A stretch of 64,000 nt of DNA from an uncultured Eubacteriales bacterium (GTDB lineage Bacteria; Bacillota; Clostridia; Christensenellales; CAG-138), in contig UQXE01000003.1 of assembly GCA_900544965.1 (NCBI GenBank), forward strand, positions 15,120 through 79,119. The letters are read 5' to 3'. The notes under the pieces were generated by a model, which had not been told where the DNA came from, searched no databases, and saw nothing but the letters and a program-made list of their open reading frames with translations. How positions within the stretch are numbered: position 1 is the stretch's first letter; each line of letters begins with the position of its first letter. This document shows positions 58,601 through 64,000 of this stretch, piece after piece. The position numbers were made by a program, and so were the translations under genes.

Positions 58601-61600
58601 ACGCACCCCACACGGGGTGCGACGAGACAGGCATATGCGATCAATATAAGATAACATGGAATTTCAATCCACGCACCCCACACGGGGTGCGACGAGTTCT
58701 TTCTCACCGTTAATCTCAGTGGACGGGAATTTCAATCCACGCACCCCACACGGGGTGCGACTCAGGCATTCGCCTTCTTTTTGCTTCAGCTCGCATTTCA
58801 ATCCACGCACCCCACACGGGGTGCGACTGGGCCGTGGACGATCCAAGGGCCTCCGCAATAATTTCAATCCACGCACCCCACACGGGGTGCGACGGGTACC
58901 ATCCACCGTCCTGGATGGTACCAAATAATTTCAATCCACGCACCCCACACGGGGTGCGACGTGGCGCTGATCGCGCTTACGGCGTGGTGCGGCGATTTCA
59001 ATCCACGCACCCCACACGGGGTGCGACAAGGAAATGCAAAAAGCCTATGGATATATAGGTATTTCAATCCACGCACCCCACACGGGGTGCGACTGTCACA
59101 CCATTAAAATTGGGGAGACAGGCCACAAGATTTCAATCCACGCACCCCACACGGGGTGCGACGGCGGAGCGGTAAAACCATCGGCCGTTAACATAGGCAT
59201 TTCAATCCACGCACCCCACACGGGGTGCGACTTTATATCGCCAACGAGGGACTGAGTATCCTCGAATTTCAATCCACGCACCCCACACGGGGTGCGACGG
59301 TTCTTACCCGAGGGCGCTGTGGTAGGTACAGTGCATTTCAATCCACGCACCCCACACGGGGTGCGACCGTTATATATCGACATTGTTGTCCGGAAGAAAC
59401 AAAATTTCAATCCACGCACCCCACACGGGGTGCGACTGAGTATAGCGCACTTAAAAGTACAGCGCTACAAATTTCAATCCACGCACCCCACACGGGGTGC
59501 GACACCGATAAAAAGGTTTTTACCTTAAGGATGCAAAATTTCAATCCACGCACCCCACACGGGGTGCGACTTTGGCATTGACAAGCTAATTATCATGTAG
59601 TATTAATTTCAATCCACGCACCCCACACGGGGTGCGACAACATAAAACAGCGTTAAAATATATTGAATGGCGCATTTCAATCCACGCACCCCACACGGGG
59701 TGCGACCCTCAATGACGGCACCTCCAACTGGGGCTACGCATTTCAATCCACGCACCCCACACGGGGTGCGACTGCTGTTTCACTGCTTCGGGCCGGATCG
59801 TGTCCGATTTCAATCCACGCACCCCACACGGGGTGCGACACGCAACCGTTACATCAGGATCATCAGACTACAAATTTCAATCCACGCACCCCACACGGGG
59901 TGCGACGCCTTTAAAGATAGGAGGCTTTCTGCTATTACTGCATTTCAATCCACGCACCCCACACGGGGTGCGACGTGCGCTGTATATGGTGTACATGGCG
60001 TACGCGGATAGGATTTCAATCCACGCACCCCACACGGGGTGCGACTAGCTTGATTCTCTTTGCTTTAGTGGTACTTATTATTTCAATCCACGCACCCCAC
60101 ACGGGGTGCGACTGGGTTGTCAATAAACAATTCAAAAGTCGAAAAGATTTCAATCCACGCACCCCACACGGGGTGCGACGCCGTAACGGCTGGACACGCG
60201 CCGAGTATAACCGCGATTTCAATCCACGCACCCCACACGGGGTGCGACGGCGATTTAGTTTTCCCTGTCTGGACAGATACAAGTATTTCAATCCACGCAC
60301 CCCACACGGGGTGCGACATCAGGTATTTGCATATGCCCCCAAAGAGGGGGCAATTTCAATCCACGCACCCCACACGGGGTGCGACGCGCGGATGACACCA
60401 TACCACGGCCAATGATATGCAATTTCAATCCACGCACCCCACACGGGGTGCGACGCGATAAAGACCTCATGGGCGCGCGTGATAAATATTCATTTCAATC
60501 CACGCACCCCACACGGGGTGCGACCTCTATCTGGCTTTTTTCAACGATGCGATCCGCTGATTTCAATCCACGCACCCCACACGGGGTGCGACCTGGTAAG
60601 GCGCTTGGCCTTCCGGTTGATAAACAAAATTTCAATCCACGCACCCCACACGGGGTGCGACTAGCTTCCCATGCATCCGCAAGTTTGACAAATGTATTTC
60701 AATCCACGCACCCCACACGGGGTGCGACTAGGATCCCCCCCACCCTGCGGTTCACGGGGCTCATTTCAATCCACGCACCCCACACGGGGTGCGACGGCTT
60801 TGACCGGTGTAACTGTCTATCGACCGCGCAAATTTCAATCCACGCACCCCACACGGGGTGCGACTTGTCAGCCTGTATCTCATACTCCCTCCTGATCATT
60901 TCAATCCACGCACCCCACACGGGGTGCGACCGAGCTTACGGTAAACGGGGACGGCAGCAGGCAAATTTCAATCCACGCACCCCACACGGGGTGCGACGCG
61001 CTATGTCAGACACTTATTACAACTTTGGGTATCATTTCAATCCACGCACCCCACACGGGGTGCGACCAGAAACCGACATCGAAGCTCTGATTAAGGAAGC
61101 AATTTCAATCCACGCACCCCACACGGGGTGCGACTCGTAATGCAAAAGAGATTGTAACCCACAATACGATTTCAATCCACGCACCCCACACGGGGTGCGA
61201 CGCGTTTTCAAGACAGGCGGTAATTTCCTGCCGCATATTTCAATCCACGCACCCCACACGGGGTGCGACGTCTTTCACATGGAGAGGGTGTAGTCGGCGG
61301 TAAATTTCAATCCACGCACCCCACACGGGGTGCGACGTTATAAAATACTCTGTCGTCATGAGTGTCGTAATATTTCAATCCACGCACCCCACACGGGGTG
61401 CGACACCACTCTCGGAGTCTTTTGAGTGTTTATCCTCAAGATTTCAATCCACGCACCCCACACGGGGTGCGACACCTATCCCCCGTTACATGGGACAAAA
61501 AATAACAAATTTCAATCCACGCACCCCACACGGGGTGCGACTTGTCAAGCGGTGTGGGTTGGCGTGGATTGCTTAAATTTCAATCCACGCACCCCACACG

Positions 61601-61880
61601 GGGTGCGACCCTTGGCAGTTGGTATCCGAGCCAGAGTAATAATATTTCAATCCACGCACCCCACACGGGGTGCGACGGTTATACCGCAACTCTACATCCG
61701 ACGCCCTTTGTATTTCAATCCACGCACCCCACACGGGGTGCGACTAAGGGACGGCAAAACCCTGCCCGCCGCCGCCCAATTTCAATCCACGCACCCCACA
61801 CGGGGTGCGACGACCACGCATCTCCCCGTACCCAACCGGAGGTTGGTATTTCAATCCACGCACCCCACACGGGGTGCGAC
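55695..61880 (-). CRISPR. CRISPR array, 92 repeats / 91 spacers, type I-C-like repeat
   Basis: The 33-nt consensus on the minus strand is GTCGCACCCCGTGTGGGGTGCGTGGATTGAAAT. On the plus strand the first repeat is at 55695-55727 and the last at 61848-61880. Spacers are about 33-37 nt. I assign the minus strand because of the GTCGC...ATTGAAAT polarity, the AT-rich 196-nt flank at the 61.9 kb end, and the degenerate repeats at the 55.7 kb end. Confidence 0.97.
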
Positions 61881-62076
61881 AGCAAAAACACGTAAATTGA
61901 TGCAAAAAACATCTTCACAATCAATTACTATGCATTTAATGTAATTATATCAGTTTGCTAACGCCGTTTCAACTGAGTATATATCTCAATTTACGTCTTT
62001 TCGGGTGCGAATGCAACTATAAAACCAGGATAACTATAGATTCGCGCTATTAAATTTTAAAGCATTCTATAATCAT

Positions 62077-62589
62077 TCATCGCGGATTACATGTCCCACA
62101 GGGAGAATAACCAGACGATTGGGCTGCGCTTGCCGAATTCCACCATATAGCGTTTCGTATAAGAATCCTCTGTGCATGTCTGCACTTAGAATAATGATAT
62201 TTATCCGATTCAGCGCTCCCTACATACTTGCCCTCATAGTCCCTTGAATCCATGTCGGCCAGTGTATCGTCCGAATTATATGTTCGGGGCGTAGGTTTGG
62301 CTGTGGCTGTCGGCTTAGGTGTTGCTCTGCCGGTGGGCTTAGCCGTGGGCCTGGGTTTTTCCGTATGGGCGCTTGATGACGTCTCTGTTGACGGACTTAT
62401 GCGCGGTGTAGAAGCGGGCCTTATGCTTGGACTATCGGTTGGATCCTCTGCTTCAGCACTCGGAGCGGGGGTTAGTTTCACATCAACTGTTGGGCCGAGC
62501 GTTGGAGCGGTATTTGGATTGCTGACCGTAGCCGAGCAGCCCGTCAAAAGGCAGACAATGAGCAAAAGAGCACACAATTTGCGTTTCAC
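62077..62589 (-). CDS. Pro/Thr-rich lipoprotein with a C-terminal Ada-like zinc-binding (Cys-rich) motif
   Basis: 170 aa. Lipobox LLTGC. Low-complexity PT linker. C-terminus YHYSKCRHAQRI ... SASAAQSSGYSPCGTCNP. Confidence 0.6.
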   Translation of the reverse strand: MKRKLCALLLIVCLLTGCSATVSNPNTAPTLGPTVDVKLTPAPSAEAEDPTDSPSIRPASTPRISPSTETSSSAHTEKPRPTAKPTGRATPKPTATAKPTPRTYNSDDTLADMDSRDYEGKYVGSAESDKYHYSKCRHAQRILIRNAIWWNSASAAQSSGYSPCGTCNPR

Positions 62590-63453
62590 TTATTATTTTC
62601 CCCTCTCCAGAATTGTCATATAAATTGTAACATAAATGTGAATGTATTCAATAGTTTTATTAAGAAAATAGTATGTATTACACTATTTGGCAACGCTGCT
62701 GTTTGTCGATTTTTAGGATATGTAGCTATAATCGATAAATCTGCGAGTAGTATTGACACGTTTGTTCGGCTTTGATAAAATGATTTAGAATAAACATTCC
62801 AAAGCTAGAGAAAGAAAATATATCATGTCGCATTGCAGACACCATCGTTACAAGCGTCTATTGTCCTTTGCCTTAGTTTTGTCTACCTAACCCTTTAATA
62901 TAAATAACGAACCATCCAAAACATACGGCCTTGGATGGTCTGTTAAGTGTAGCCTTTCGCACCTTGAAAACTAATATATTATTTATCTCATCCATGAAGC
63001 CAGCTGTAATAATACCTCTAGGAAGCGCAATCTCGGCAATACCAAAAAAGAAGGTTATGCAGAAAAACATACTTAACAAAGCCTATGCAACTCATCCTGA
63101 TATGAAGGATGACAATACAAATTTTGTGTCACAGTACCTGCAGGCCCAAGGCGTTCCTTGTACTGGCAAGTGGAATATATACAAAAAATCATATGGCCGC
63201 CCAAGTAACTTAAGATAATGCAAGCTTGTTTTTTGCAGCTATATCCATTATTCCTGATGTAATAGAATTTAGCGTTAGCATGGAGCCCATTCGGTATGGG
63301 GCCTATACTCATACTTAGGCTTTTTCGTATTGAACATAAATATTGAACTAGAATTAATGCCGTATTGGGCCTCAATTACTAGCTATACTCTTTCCTGTTT
63401 CAAATACAAAAAATCAGCCTTTTAATCAGGCTGATTTACATGCTTACATAACG

Positions 63454-63987
63454 CTATTTTATCTTAACACTGTCTATAATGTCTAAAAATGTTGCCCTTA
63501 AAGTCCCGTCGCTGGTTGAAGGCTCCCGTACATACAAAAGGTATAATCTCGATTCATCAGCTATATACAAATTAATACTTTCCTTATCATCATAGACACC
63601 TGTAAACAATACTGCCGGCCTATTAGAAACCATTATATCAAAATCAATAGTTTTGATTACAGGTTCATAAAAATCAATAAAATCCTGAAGCATTTCCTTA
63701 GCTTTCTCTTTATCAGCTATGTCAAGGGTAACATCATCACTGTATTCCATGATACTTATAACTATATAACCTTCTTCCGTTCCGTATGAACTATTACCCG
63801 AATCATCGGCGTTTCTTTCCAAGGATGAAGAGATTCTATATGTCAAGTCCTTCAGTGTGTAGGTTTTATCCAATACCATTGGCGTTGCATCCGGTATTTC
63901 GATTTTTGAAGTTATTGAGTTCTTTGTGCATGCTGCAAAAGAAACGAGCATACCAAAACATAACAGTAAAGCAGATAATTTTTTCAT
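63454..63987 (-). CDS. Hypothetical lipoprotein
   Basis: 177 aa. Signal peptide MKKLSALLLCFGMLVSFAAC (lipobox). AT-rich coding sequence. Confidence 0.55.
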   Translation of the reverse strand: MKKLSALLLCFGMLVSFAACTKNSITSKIEIPDATPMVLDKTYTLKDLTYRISSSLERNADDSGNSSYGTEEGYIVISIMEYSDDVTLDIADKEKAKEMLQDFIDFYEPVIKTIDFDIMVSNRPAVLFTGVYDDKESINLYIADESRLYLLYVREPSTSDGTLRATFLDIIDSVKIK

Positions 63988-64000
63988 GTAACATCCCTTC

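Noticed and set aside
55734-61944. Dozens of 60-250 aa ORFs on both strands with recurring peptides (FNPRTPHGVR, ISIHAPHTGCD, FQSTHPTRGAT, HPVWGAWIEI).
   Set aside because: They are translations of the CRISPR repeat in different frames, joined through spacers. They are not genes.
62931-63218. 95-aa ORF with an NTNFVSQYLQAQGVP segment resembling the amidase-domain motif.
   Set aside because: It is too short, has no RBS, lacks the catalytic Cys, and overlaps equally weak minus-strand ORFs. At most it is a gene fragment.

Overview
This looks like a chromosomal segment of a spore-forming Firmicute, probably Clostridia-like (splB, cwlD, GGAGG-type RBSs). Most genes are minus-strand housekeeping genes: cysS, an ABC exporter pair, addB, glmS, jag-yidC-yidD-rnpA-rpmH, dnaB-rplI-gdpP, and lysS-greA-dusB. 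Patches that look AT-richer by eye interrupt them and appear to be accessory DNA. Six things stand out. (1) At 27.27-30.46 kb, six tandem paralogous genes each encode a signal peptide plus two complete dockerin modules and nothing else; this is my best candidate for an undescribed system. (2) At 55.70-61.88 kb there is a CRISPR array of 92 repeats with a type I-C-like repeat, read on the minus strand. No cas gene lies in the window. The array has blocks of repeat variants, one duplicated spacer, and two spacers that match synonymous alleles of the same coding sequence. (3) At 52.65-55.67 kb, a roughly 3 kb AT-rich islet sits between an intact tRNA-Ser(GCU) and a 51-nt copy of that tRNA's anticodon-to-T-arm segment. 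It carries an MBL-fold (ComEC-like) gene split across three frames and a hicAB pair whose hicB is frameshifted. It has no integrase. (4) addB has no adjacent addA. (5) The rpmH cluster has no dnaA/dnaN partner. (6) A five-gene Fe-S/FAD dehydrogenase cluster resembles archaeal proline-dehydrogenase complexes. All calls rest on reading the ORF translations and the sequence by eye. No database search or computation was run.
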